Below are positions 41,401 through 52,654 of a stretch of DNA of 64,000 nucleotides, one piece after another (position 1 is the stretch's first letter; each line of letters starts with the position of its first letter). Source of the stretch: Macrostomum hystrix (Eukaryota; Animalia; Platyhelminthes); the NCBI GenBank assembly GCA_950097015.1, contig CATNEN010000001.1, forward strand, positions 6,696,001 to 6,760,000, read 5' to 3'. The notes beneath the pieces were generated by a model. That model worked only from the letters and a program-made list of their open reading frames with translations. It made no database searches and was not told the DNA's origin. Both the position numbers and the translations under genes were made by a program.

Positions 41401-44400
41401 TGAGTCGATAGAGACTCGTTTGAGTCGTTAGAGAAGCGTCTTGAATAGTTTGAGAAGCATTTTGAGACGTTAGAGAAGCATTTAAACATCACAAATGAGG
41501 CGTCTGAGAAAACAATATTTCGCAGCATGTCACTGGTAAAACTTTCATCGAACATCAGCTTAGTAGGATGAAATCATGCAGCAGCATGCCGATCATTGTG
41601 GCGACTCACCTCATCCGAGACCGTCTCCCCAGCCTGCCTGAACGCTAGAAGCAATTCAGCAACACGTAGTGCACTCTCGCACCGGAAATTGTTCAATTTA
41701 ACATCGCGATGAGTTGTATAGGTGCCATTGTGCAGCTCCAGGTAGAGTTCACCTGTCCAACTGTGCAGATTAGCCCTGTCAGACTCGAGGCCCTTGAAAA
41801 GGCTCTCAGGTGTGCCGTGATTGAGCCGTGGTAGACCCGGACAGTCGGCAAGCCTATCCAGCCTGTCCAGCATGTCCGGTCCGGGGCCTTGGCCGCCGTC
41901 ACCGTGGCCGTAGAGGAATGCCGCATGTCGTGTGCGACCCTTGTCGCGATGGTTGCTAGCGGAGAACGCCAACTCGGACGGGCGAACCTGGCGAACAATT
42001 CTTAGATTAGATAGAGAATGGTATATAGGGAGATAGGAGAATTGTAGATAGGGAGATAGGAGAATTGTAGATAGGAGTCTGGAGAATGGTAGATAGGAGC
42101 AGGAAGAATGGTAGATAGGAGCTTGGAGAATGGTAGATAGGAGCAGGGAGAATGGTAGATAGGAGCTTGGAGAATGGTAGATAGGAGCAGGGAGAATGGT
42201 AGATAGGAGCTTGGAGAATGGTAGATAGGAGCAGGAAGAATGGTAGATAGGAGCTTGGAGAATGGTAGATAGGAGCTTGGAGAATGGTAGATAGGAGCTT
42301 GGAGAATGGTAGATAGGAGCAGGAAGAATGGTAGATAGGAGCTTGGAGAATGGTAGATAGGAGCTTGGAGAATGGTAGATAGGAGCTTGGAGAATGGTAG
42401 ATAGGAGCAGGGAGAATGGTAGATAGGAGCAGGGAGAATGGTAGATAGGTTAGGAAGGCAGTTATCCTAGGAGTGGCGCACCTGCATGCAGTAGGAATCA
42501 CCAGGTGGAAAGTGTGCCAACACATCCGAACCGTCGATGCCGTGCCACACAAACGAATGATGAGGGAATTTGTTCACCAACGACCAGCTGAGCTTCTGCG
42601 TTAGAAACCAGCGCATGCCGGCGTGTCGCATCAGCTGCGGCAGCTGTCCACTGTAACCAAACGTGTCTGGCAGCCAGAACTCCGGACAGCGACGACCGAA
42701 ATGTTTTAAAAAAAATTCTTGACCATAAGTAAACTGGCGCAGTATCGACTCGCAGCAGGGCAGATTGGTGTCCATCTCAACCCAGCAGCCCCCGACAGGT
42801 ATGAAACGATTCTGCTTGGCTAGGCTGACAATCTCATTGAATAGACTCGGATAGTCGGACTTTAACCAGTCCAGTTGCTGAGCCTGTGAGAGTATATGAT
42901 GATGAAAATGTAACTAGGGCTTTACCAACTATGCAAATCCATGCCAAGAGAACATTCCTTTCTAGCTGACTGTGGATTTACTGTCGCGAAAAAATGAACA
43001 GTTATAAACTCAGCAGATGAATAAAAAACAATTAGAAAACCACTTCAGGCTAAAATCACAGCGAGACGCAGTTTTGAAGCAGTCAACAGTAAATAAAATT
43101 AAGCACATTCATGTATAGCTTTGTATCACGACCCTTACCCGACTGGGTCAGTGGCAGAGGGGTTAACGCGTTTGTCTCTCGCACCAAGGTCCCTGAGCTC
43201 GATTCCGCGGTAAGGCCACATTCATTTGGGGCGCAGCCTAGTGGAGAGAAGGCTTGGGGACTTGTGAAATTTACGCCACTGAGGCCCAAAACTCTGAGGC
43301 ACAGTGAAAGTGTACACTGCCTGACAATGAGAAAGTCAGGGCAGATGTACATACCTGTGTGAGTGTGTGCTCAGGAGACAGGAGTCAGCGAAATAGGCAG
43401 AATTGCCTCCTCGCTGGCTGCGGGTCTAGTGTCACCAAATAATGCTCCAGTGTCCACAACTCTTTTTCATATTAGAAGACATGAAATTCTCGTGAGATTC
43501 TACTGTGAAAGCAGTGCAGGAACTAGACGCATTGTGTACACGGAGACCTTTCACTAACCTGCGAGACAACAAATTTCATGTCCGGGTGACGACGCATCAG
43601 ACGCAGTGTGCTGGACCAACTGCGGGCAGTTTTACGCCTAGTTTCAGCGTAGTCCCACAGCCAGGCCGTGTCAATGTGACAGTGGCCCATCGCGTGTAAA
43701 AGCATTCGACCATCGTCAGCAAGCGGCTCGCTAGCCGGATTAGTCTTGAAGAACTTATCAGCCAAGGCAATCGCTTCATTGTAGCGACACTGCAGGCAGA
43801 GGTTGACGATGCTGTTACCGCAGTAGAGAGCTCGATGACCTTGGTCTGTTTCTTTTAACTCCTTAGCAATGTCCATCAACAGGCGAATATCTTCGATTAG
43901 GCGCACAATCTCGGGATCGCGGCGAATTAGGCGGCAGACTTGGAGACAACCGCGCCGGTTGCTATCAGGCGGCTGCACACAGGACGGACCAGCGCCAAAT
44001 AATTCACTAACTGAGCACTGCAAGTAAAGCCGTAGGTGAGAATCATTGGAATCAGAAATAGGCGATTGGAAATCATCCTCTGGCCATAGTTCCGCAGTCT
44101 CTCTGGTGCCATCGTGCAGCGAGGTGACGCCCTGTATGACGCTTCCGGAAGGAGTGTAGATCAATGCTTCAGTGTTGGAATTCCACTGGAAGTGTACTTC
44201 GCTGGCGGAATTTAACTTACTGCCGCTGCCGCTTGCGAAGTACAGCTTTAACCAGTCGGGCATGGCTAGTTCAACACGGAACCAATGAACACTCCAGCTG
44301 CATGTGGTTAGTTTCAGGTGTTGGTAATAGTGAGCTGAATTATGTAGTACAGTTTCTACGATTCAGATCACTACTGTTGTATCGTGACTTGACTTGAAGT

Positions 44401-47400
44401 GCGCAGTGTGGGGCTGCACCCCAATTGTTATTGGCGCTGAGTTTAGGACTGCTTGCTCTCTCCCCGCCTGCTCTGTCTGTCAATGTACGCTTATGCCTAA
44501 CCGTCTAATCTATTAGCTGATGCTTTACTCGTATCTGCATGTACATCTATGTGCAGTGCCAAATATAATAAATAACAACCTCTCGCCCATTTGCGGCTCA
44601 AGTTTGGCTAGCCAGCCACGACACGACAATGGCATCGCAAGCAGCCAGTGAATTACCTCTCAATGACCCAGCCATGGCTGAGGCCTGGCTGCAAAGTTTT
44701 GAAGCACTGTGCAGGCACAAAAAACTGCAAGATACAAACAAAGAGAAGCAGGTAACAGACCTCTTCCTTGCTCGAGCAGGAATCAATGCAGTCCGATCCG
44801 TCTCTATCATGGCAAAGCCGAAAAACATTGAGGATATGACCTTCAAGGACATCAAGAAAATGATCATCGGGCGACTCCAGCCCAAAAAGAAACTGGTGAT
44901 TGCAGAGCGCACAAGGTTCATGTCCCAGCGGCAGCTGTCAACAGAGTCGGCCCAGCAGTTCGCGGAGCGCTTGAGAGACGCGGCAAAGCACTGAGTTTGA
45001 CAAGCTCAACGAACAAGGCTGCAAACAGTCAGCTGAGGATGACTTGATCCAAACACTGCTGATCAGCGGCTTATGCGACCGCAGCCAGCGGACCAAAACA
45101 CTTGAGCACATTCAGAGCTCTGAGAATCCAGTGACTCTGGACACGTGTCTGCAGTACATCCAGCAGTTAGAGCTCATCCAGAGCTACAGCTCAAGCGACC
45201 GATCTGCTGAAGCCCGAGAGCCTAGCAGAAGCTCCGAGACGGCTGAGAGTTCGACACCAGTTGCCAGCATCGACAGGAACCGCAATAGCGGTGCTCAGTG
45301 CAGGTCGTGTGGTCTGCAGCACCAGCCAGGCAAATGCCCTGCATTCGGGAAGACTTGTAACAAATGCCACCGCAGGAACCACTTTGCTGCAGTCTGCAGG
45401 AGCAGCGCCAAGTCCAAGTCGGTTGCACATGCCCATGAAATCGACACGAGCGAGTGTGAGCAGGCAGGCATCTACACCATTGTCGGCAACGAGAGCGGCA
45501 GCGGCAGCATAAAAACTGTGCTCATTGAAGGCAAGCCGTTCAAAATGCAGCTCGACTCTGGATCCGGTGCGAGCATCATTCCGATAAACTTCTGGAGGAG
45601 CCTCGGTGAGCCCAAGCTACGAAAGTCCAAGTTGAGACTGCGACAATTTGACGGAACAGTCATCAGAACTAGAGGATGCTTCACGGCGCTCATCGAAGTC
45701 GGGAGACAAATCGCCTGTGCGGACGTGACGGTCACTGAATGCACAAAGGAGCACGGCCTCATCGGAACAGACGTGCTGGACTTCAAGCTGGACACAGCGA
45801 CTGTCAATCAAGTGGAGCGCAGCAGCGAACCGCTAGGCAAGCTCAAAGGTTTCCGTGCTCGGGTCCTGCTCAGGGAGAACGCTCAGCCCAGCTTCTTCGA
45901 TGCCCGGCCGCTCCCGATTCATCTCAAGCCGCTGGTGGTGGCTAGGCTGCGGACGATGATCGACGCCGGGATCCTCGAGCCTGTGCCGCCAGGCGGCAGC
46001 AGTTGGGCATCGCCCATTGTGGTGGTGCGCAAGGCCGACGGAGACCTGAGAATCTGCTCCGACTACAAGGTCGGGGTGAACCCGAAGATCTGCTCTGACG
46101 CCTACCCACTGCCCAACATCGAGCAAGCCTTCAGTGCCCTGGCAGGTATGAAGCACTTCGCAATTGTAGACTTAACAAATGCCTACAACCAGATTGAGCT
46201 AGACGAGGCCTCCAGAGAAATACTCACCATCAACACGCCCCTAGGCCTGCTCAGATGGACGCGCATGCCATTCGGGGTGAAGACGGCCAGTGCGCAGTTC
46301 CAGGCTGCCATGGAGGCAACGGTCGGCGGTGCGGTCAGCAACCTGGTGATCTACCAAGACGACATGTGCGTTGGCGCCACCACAGCGGACGAATTGGACA
46401 GCAAAGTCCGGGACCTGCTGAGAGCGCTTTCTGATGCCGGCATGTCGATCAACGAAAAAAAATGCGTTTTCCGCAGCACGGAAATCAGTTTCCTTGGCTA
46501 CCGCATCGCGGCTGACGGCGTGCGCCCTGATCGGAAGCTGGTGGAGAAAATCCTCGGCGTGAGCACCCCGGCGAGCAAAAAGGAACTCGAATCGTTTCTA
46601 GGAATGACGGTGTACTACTCACGCTACATCAAGTCCTACTCGGAGAAGACCGAGCCGCTGACCGAGCTGCGGAGCAAGAAAGTCGCGTTCCATTGGGGAC
46701 CTCGGCAGCAGAAAGCGTTTGACGAGCTCAAGCAGGCGCTTGCAGCTTCCCCAGTGGTCCGAATCTTCGATGCAAGAAAGCGCACAACTCTGACTACTGA
46801 CGCCAGCGAGAAGGCCATAGCAGCAATCCTCTCTCAGGACGAGCACCCAGTGATGTACCTGTCAAGACGGCTGACACCGGCTGAGAGAAATTACTCGAAT
46901 ATCGAGCGAGAGGCCCTGGCTGTGGTGTGGGCCACTCAGAGAGCCAGACACTTTCTTCTCGGCAGCAAGTTTGTGCTCCAGTGCGATCATCAACCATTGG
47001 AGTTCATTTTTAGTCCGTCTCGGGAGCTTCCAAAGGTCACATCGGCAAGGATCATGCGCTGGGCGTTGCAGCTGTCGGCCTTCGACTACGAAATCTCGTA
47101 CATCAAGGGCAGCTGCATCCCGCATGTCGACGCGCTGTCTCGAATTGAATTCAAGGAGGAAGGCGATGGAGACGACTGCCAGGAAAGCTTCGTTCACTGG
47201 GCAGAGACGGAGGTGCTCAAGCTGGAGCAGATCAGAGACGCCACTGACAATGACCCGGTGCTCGCCAGCGTCAAGCGCAGGATCCGCAGCAATGCGTGGA
47301 ACAACTGCTCGGCAGCGGAGCGACCGTATAAAGCCGTCCGCCAGCAGCTCTCAGTGGAGAGTGGCGTCGTCTGCCTGAGAGACCTGGTGGTCCCGCCTAG

Positions 47401-49073
47401 CCGGCTGCGGCAAGACGTGCTGCGAGCGGCTCACGGCGACTCGCACTGCGGTGCCCTAGCGACAAGAAATCGACTCAAGCTGGAAGCCTGGTGGCCGGGT
47501 CACTGCGAGGACGTCGAAAACTTCGTCAAGCAATGCCAGCGATGCGCGGAGATCCGTCCAATGCCTGCCAGAACGTGCCACACCTGGCCGGCGGAAAATG
47601 GTCCCTGGAGACGCGTGCACATGGACCATGCTCACGTTCCCGGCTTCGGCCTGCTGCTCATTGTGGTGGACGCCTTCTCCGGCTGGCCGGAAGCGGTGCC
47701 TGTTGCCGACAAGAGCGCGATGACGGTCATCAAGGTGCTCCGCTTGATTTTTTCCCGCCTGGGTGTGCCGCATACCTTGGTGGCGGACAATGCTCCGGAG
47801 TTCCGTGACCAGCAGCTGCACGAGTGGCTCAAGAAGATCGGCTGCTCGCCGATGCACTCGCCGCCGTATCATCCGCAGTCAAACGGGTGCGCCGAGCGCA
47901 TGGTCCAGACCGTCAAGAAGGGGCTGCGGGCCTTCGCCGTGCACCAGGGCAGGTTCGACGCGTACCTCGCCAAGCTGCTGCTTAACTACCGGGCCACTCC
48001 GCGGGGCGACGGGCGTGGCAGTCCGTCTGCACTTATGGGGCGACAGCTGCGAAGTCCGCTGACCCTCCAATTCGACACCGATGCGCCGCTCGTCTACCAG
48101 TCGCGACCGGGGGTGCCGGCTGAGACCGTCCGCTTTGTGGTACAGGCCGGCCACAACACGGCCGTGGTCACCCGGGACAAGGACGACAGGCCTGTGCTGG
48201 CACACCGGGATCAGCTGCGTTTGTGTCCGAGTCCAAGTCGGGCGGAAGTTACGGACAACACTGACGACGGCGGCCGGGATCCTGACGATGCCGGTCGGAG
48301 CCCTGACGACGGCGGCCGGAACCCTGACGAAGGCGGCCGGAACCCGGAACCTATTAGCCAGCGGCCAGACGCAGCGGCACCACCGCAGCAGACCGCTGAA
48401 GCTACACCGGAGCCCCGACGAAGCTGCAGGTCGACCAAGGGAGTCGCCCCAGACCAACTGTCTCCTCGTTGGTGATGAGGGGATGTTGTATCGTGACTTG
48501 ACTTGAAGTGCGCAGTGTGGGGCTGCACCCCAATTTTTATTGGCGCTGAGTTTAGGACTGCTTGCTCTCTCCCCGCCTGCTCTGTCTGTCAATGTACGCT
48601 TATGCCTAACCGTCTAATCTATTAGCTGATGCTTTACTCGTATCTGCATGTACATCTATGTGCAGTGCCAAATATAATAAATAACAACCTCTCGCCCATT
48701 TGCGGCTCAAGTTTGGCTAGCCAGCCACGACACGATTTAGTTTTACTTACACAGGCCCAAATGAGAATCCGAGATCAACATCTTCCCAGAGATTTTCAGC
48801 AAATCGAATAGTCTCATCAAGCCAGGGGCCTTGAAACTCATTTGACTTTAGATGCTGGACCCTTTTAGGCTGCGTTTGATGGCTGACAAGTCTAGAAATT
48901 CCAATTAAAAGTAGAATACATTTATGTGATAAAGCAGATTTAAACTGTGTAATTGAAGTGTTGGGTTCTCACCTTGATAGCAGATTGGCATCAGTAAAGT
49001 ATTGAGGTGATATGAACTTTTCAAGTCTCTCATATGTAGTTCTCCAATTCTTATGAACGTCCTTTAGATCCAT
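38437..49073 (-). CDS. MAN2C1: Cytosolic alpha-mannosidase 2C1 (GH38), about 1113 aa
   Basis: Exons: 49073-48973, 48891-48751, 44297-43559, 42883-42482, 41987-41610, 40017-38437. Motifs: [117 protein letters not shown]. Confidence 0.93.
40230..41430. repeat. 40-bp minisatellite (CAGAAGAGTTYGAGTCGTCAGAGACTCGCTTGAGTCATTA), MAN2C1 intron
   Basis: About 27 tandem copies, degenerating into 20-bp half units at the right edge. Confidence 0.94.
42010..42450. repeat. 22-bp minisatellite (TGGTAGATAGGAGCTTGGAGAA), fills intron 41988-42481
   Basis: Tandem copies. Confidence 0.92.
43145..43465 (+). mobile_element. SINE family B copy, MAN2C1 intron
   Basis: Head GGGTCAGTGGCAGAGGGGTTAACGCG...GAGCTCGATTCC (A/B-box-like); body shared with the other copies. 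Confidence 0.78.
44375..44628 (+). repeat. 5' LTR
   Basis: Direct repeat of 48484-48735; contains AATAAA. Confidence 0.95.
44629..44994 (+). CDS. gag: Gypsy Gag N-terminal part (frameshifted from the downstream ORF)
   Basis: ..[29 protein letters not shown] is a typical retrotransposon capsid segment. It continues in another frame as EFDKL.. from 44993. Confidence 0.8.
   Translation: MASQAASELPLNDPAMAEAWLQSFEALCRHKKLQDTNKEKQVTDLFLARAGINAVRSVSIMAKPKNIEDMTFKDIKKMIIGRLQPKKKLVIAERTRFMSQRQLSTESAQQFAERLRDAAKH
44993..48475 (+). CDS. pol: Gypsy Gag C-terminus plus Pol (Zn knuckles, aspartic protease, RT, RNase H, integrase)
   Basis: CRSCGLQH..C and [14 protein letters not shown]; LDSGS; [17 protein letters not shown]; [20 protein letters not shown]; HHCC and D-D-E ([17 protein letters not shown]). 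Confidence 0.95.
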   Translation, partial: EFDKLNEQGCKQSAEDDLIQTLLISGLCDRSQRTKTLEHIQSSENPVTLDTCLQYIQQLELIQSYSSSDRSAEAREPSRSSETAESSTPVASIDRNRNSGAQCRSCGLQHQPGKCPAFGKTCNKCHRRNHFAAVCRSSAKSKSVAHAHEIDTSECEQAGIYTIVGNESGSGSIKTVLIEGKPFKMQLDSGSGASIIPINFWRSLGEPKLRKSKLRLRQFDGTVIRTRGCFTALIEVGRQIACADVTVTECTKEHGLIGTDVLDFKLDTATVNQVERSSEPLGKLKGFRARVLLRENAQPSFFDARPLPIHLKPLVVARLRTMIDAGILEPVPPGGSSWASPIVVVRKADGDLRICSDYKVGVNPKICSDAYPLPNIEQAFSALAGMKHFAIVDLTNAYNQIELDEASREILTINTPLGLLRWTRMPFGVKTASAQFQAAMEATVGGAVSNLVIYQDDMCVGATTADELDSKVRDLLRALSDAGMSINEKKCVFRSTEISFLGYRIAADGVRPDRKLVEKILGVSTPASKKELESFLGMTVYYSRYIKSYSEKTEPLTELRSKKVAFHWGPRQQKAFDELKQALAASPVVRIFDARKRTTLTTDASEKAIAAILSQDEHPVMYLSRRLTPAERNYSNIEREALAVVWATQRARHFLLGSKFVLQCDHQPLEFIFSPSRELPKVTSARIMRWALQLSAFDYEISYIKGSCIPHVDALSRIEFKEEGDGDDCQESFVHWAETEVLKLEQIRDATDNDPVLASVKRRIRSNAWNNCSAAERPYKAVRQQLSVESGVVCLRDLVVPPSRLRQDVLRAAHGDSHCGALATRNRLKLEAWWPGHCEDVENFVKQCQRCAEIRPMPARTCHTWPAENGPWRRVHMDHAHVPGFGLLLIVVDAFSGWPEAVPVADKSAMTVIKVLRLIFSRLGVPHTLVADNAPEFRDQQLHEWLKKIGCSPMHSPPYHPQSNGCAERMVQTVKKGLRAFAVHQGRFDAYLAKLLLNYRATPRGDGRGSPSALMGRQLRSPLTLQFDTDAPLVYQSRPGVPAETVRFVVQAGHNTAVVTRDKDDRPVLAHRDQLRLCPSPSRAEVTDNTDDGGRDPDDAGRSPDDGGRNPDEGGRNPEPISQRPDAAAPPQQTAEATPEPRRSCRSTKGVAPDQLSPRW
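48484..48735 (+). repeat. 3' LTR (missing last 2 bp)
   Basis: Direct repeat of the 5' LTR. Confidence 0.95.
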
Positions 49074-49229
49074 TGGCTATAAAAGCAGAACGCTAAAAAT
49101 GCAATTAAAAGTAAATTACAAGCAATTGCTAGACAGCTTTAGAGCAGTATGAATAAAAATATTAGCCTACTATCCAGTGCATTTATTTTACTAAGGTAAG
49201 AAATAGTTACTTAAATTAAACTTAATACT

Positions 49230-49588
49230 AACAATAATTACAGGAGGACTATGGGCAATGGCAGATCATTTAGTGACACTAGACCTGCAGCCATCAAGAA
49301 AGCAACTCTGCCCATTTCACTCACCCTGAGTACACATACACACAGGTACTATACAAAGGCATTTGCTCACACGTGTGTACATCTGCCCTTACTTTCTCAT
49401 TGTCAGGCAGTGTACACTCTCACTATGCTTTGGAGGTTGGCCCTCAAGGGCATAAATTGCACGATAAGCCCCCAAGCCCTCTTTCTGCAGCTGCCCCAAA
49501 AACAAATGTGGCCCTGCCATGGAGTCAACCTTAGGGACCATGATGCAAGACTGAGGCCAACATATTAACCACTCTGCCAATGATCCCC
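49230..49588 (-). mobile_element. SINE family B copy, CpG-decayed
   Basis: The reverse complement aligns to the 30893 and 43145 copies, with many CG>TG/CA changes. Confidence 0.75.
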
Positions 49589-52500
49589 TTAAATTAAACT
49601 TAAGTTTGTTGTAGCTAAACAACTATCATGCTTTCCTACTTTGCTTCAGTTTCTGTTACTATTTTTTTGCTTTCTTATATTTCTGCATCTTTAATATTCT
49701 GATAAATTCTATTGCTAAAATGACAAGTAACAAAGTAATAATTTTTTTCTATAATAGAAATCTGAAAAATAGATGTCTATTTGTGCCAACTACTATAAAA
49801 ATTAGAAAATTTAGGTGCAAAATAGCTGGCAACTTCGATGGATAGATCATATACTTCGATATGTATTAGGCCCTATTCTTTATTTATGTGCATTACACTG
49901 TGAACAACTATAATAAGCCTACATATATTTAATTTAGCTTTTAGGTAAAAAAGCCAAATAGAACGAATAATTATTTCGTTCCTATAAAGGAAAAATCATC
50001 GTTCTAAATACATCTGCATCATATAACATTCCCGTACTTTCAAGCTTTTACTGTAATTTGAAAACCACCGGGCTGTATGCTAACTTATAGCGCTGTCTTA
50101 GGAAAGTTAAATTATTTTACATACACTTATGAACACTAATGAACTTGAATTACTCAATGCATATAAATTATATCATAATACACAGATCCTTCTATCCTAC
50201 GGAAAGGAGTTGATGTGCACTATCAGTTGGCTGTAATATTTCCGCAGAGTGTGGAAGGCTGCAACTTCAAGGAGAGGCATAGTGCATTTCTTAGAAGTCT
50301 TTAAATTGAAAACTATTGTTTTATTTCACAAGAAAATGTTTTTCGTTTACACCACCATGCAACGTTCCCTGAACATTTATCACTAAGGTACATAGAATTA
50401 ATTATCCTAACTATTTTCTTACTATATAGTTTGTTGTAATGTTTGGTAGTACAATTTCTTCTTAATTCCAAGAAACGATAAGCGACTTGCTTACCAAGCA
50501 GGCAACGGCAACGCCTGTAACGCTCACTATTTCTTTAGTATTATTTTATGCAGTCGTAATTTTTTAATTGTATCTAATAGCTTCGTAACAGTGCAAATAG
50601 TATTTTTTATAAAAGTTGCAGTTTTACTATTTTATGCTTAATTATACAAATTTATATTAATAATTTAATTTTAAGACATTGTTATAGACTGTGAACACAG
50701 TGCCTTTTCTTCTGTGTTAATTAAAAACTCTTGTTCCTTCAGATATTAGCATATATTTTTTAGCTTTTACATGAATATTTCAATCATTATTACTTTTTGA
50801 AGTTCAATATATTCTAAATTTTAGGAAGTACAGCACCATTAATACAGTTTTGTCTATAAGTATTTAATTAATGTAGAGGCAAACAGTGTGTCTAAAATTT
50901 TAAAAGGCAAGTGGCAAAAATACATTATATTTTAATGCCTGTTGCAAATTATGTCTCTGACCTCTGACCTTAGAGGTTTCTGACCTCTATTCTCTATTTC
51001 ATAGATTTTTACACAAAATCATTCAGCATTCTTTTATAATTGTTCACTAAACAATATTTTTTGAAGTTTTAAATTTTAAATTAAAAATTAATGCTAAGAT
51101 TCGAAATTTGGTTGCTAAGGTTGCTTTTTTTCACTTTTGCAACTGGGGCAGCTTCTAGGATATAGAAGCTCTCTGTTTGCCAGAGATGCACATCTTGGAA
51201 GTGACTAGGGCCAAAGAGGATAAGCTTTGATGATGAGGTTAGTGGAAGCGGAAGTATTAGCACATCTTCTGCATTCTGCTAACACACTCTTCAAATTTAA
51301 TTTTGTTAACACCATGCCAGGAGGCCACCTGGCAGCACCATCATTTATTGTGGATCCATAATACTCCTTCATTATTACCTTTGCTGAATTCTGATCACAA
51401 TATTTAACACAAGTTTTGTTCTGCCAACTAGCTTGGCTGAGGCTTTAGCTTTGCAAATTAATAATAAGGCCTCAGACATAGCATAGGGCCTTGGAGGGCA
51501 CAACTCTCCAAGGCTGCACTTCAAATAGAGTATACCAAAAGAGGGGTGGACAGGGGACAAAGGCTAGCACTGGGACCTAAGGACAATTTGGTGTAATTGA
51601 CAGTTAGGTAACAAGACAAATACATTTAGGTAACAATGAAGTTGGTGATCATGTGTTTGTTTTAACATTTTACACTTTGAGCTAATGGTATTTATACATT
51701 TAATTTAAGTGCAAGGCTGGGGCCAACCAAAGGGTGAGCTTGGCCTGGACAAATCAGAGCATGCAAGGGGGTATGGTTGCCTAGCCACTTAAGCTAATAT
51801 GCCACTTTGCTTTTTATGTTTTGTAACCCTAATCCAACATGCACTTTAATAGCCCAGCCAGCCCACCCCACACAACAATCTCATAGGGTTTTTCACACAT
51901 TGAAAAAGGTAAATTATTTTAACAAATTCCTACTTATGGTAAATTTTCTAGAAATGTGATGATTATACATACTTTGTTTTTGAGATTGTATAAAATATTT
52001 GGGAAGTTACAGTAAATGCGCACATTCAAATATAGCAGAAAATTGCACTACAAATACAATAACTGGTATTCATATCTTCTCCTCTTTTTTAATCAATTCA
52101 CTTAAGTACTTCTCTAATAATTGAACAAAAACTGGACTTTTAAGCATAATTATTAAATTAAAGAATTCCAGCACTATATAATCCTTTATCAGATATTACA
52201 GTATTGACAACATCTCAATTTATTACATCTAGATCATTTCATAGAACATAGATCCACTGTGCAAAAATCCATTTTGCATGGATTATTACCATATGCGGTC
52301 AGTGATTATCAAGCTAGTCATTTTTAGTAACAAGGTTTTTGAAGAGGGAAGTAGCTACAATAATTGTAAGAAAAATGAATCCGGTTTTAGAAGCCAAACA
52401 TGTCTCACTGTATTTAATATTTGAACATTATTTGTAATGCAAAACATTTTTATGCTTAAAATATATTTAATAGAAGTGGTACAATTTGCTTCTTTATTCA

Positions 52501-52654
52501 ATTTCTACACAAAGTAAATTAGTAATGACATTCAAAAGTTTTTAATATATATATTTACATCTCTTCCATGTTTATAAATTTATTAAACATATTAAACTGC
52601 CATTTATAGAAATTTTCAGATACAAAATATAATATTATCAAACTAAACCTAATA

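Larger units (their letters stand above)
44375..48735 (+). mobile_element. Ty3/Gypsy LTR retrotransposon in MAN2C1 intron 2 (antisense to host)
   Basis: 5' LTR 44375-44628 (TG..CA, 254 bp); 3' LTR 48484-48735 differs by one substitution and lacks the terminal CA. Purine tract GATGAGGGGA precedes the 3' LTR. Order is gag-PR-RT-RH-IN. Confidence 0.96.

Noticed and set aside
40230-41430. CRISPR-like appearance of 29-42-bp partly palindromic repeats
   Set aside because: Units are head-to-tail with no unique spacers, there are no cas genes, and the context is eukaryotic and intronic.
45191-48592. Multiple overlapping antisense or alternative-frame ORFs in the Gypsy pol
   Set aside because: Expected shadow ORFs of a GC-rich coding region; no recognisable domains and no env-like ORF.
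38437-49073. MAN2C1 as a pseudogene disrupted by the retrotransposon, or as a bacterial transfer
   Set aside because: The insertion is intronic, the six exons join in an open frame with GT-AG junctions, and the N-terminus matches animal MAN2C1.
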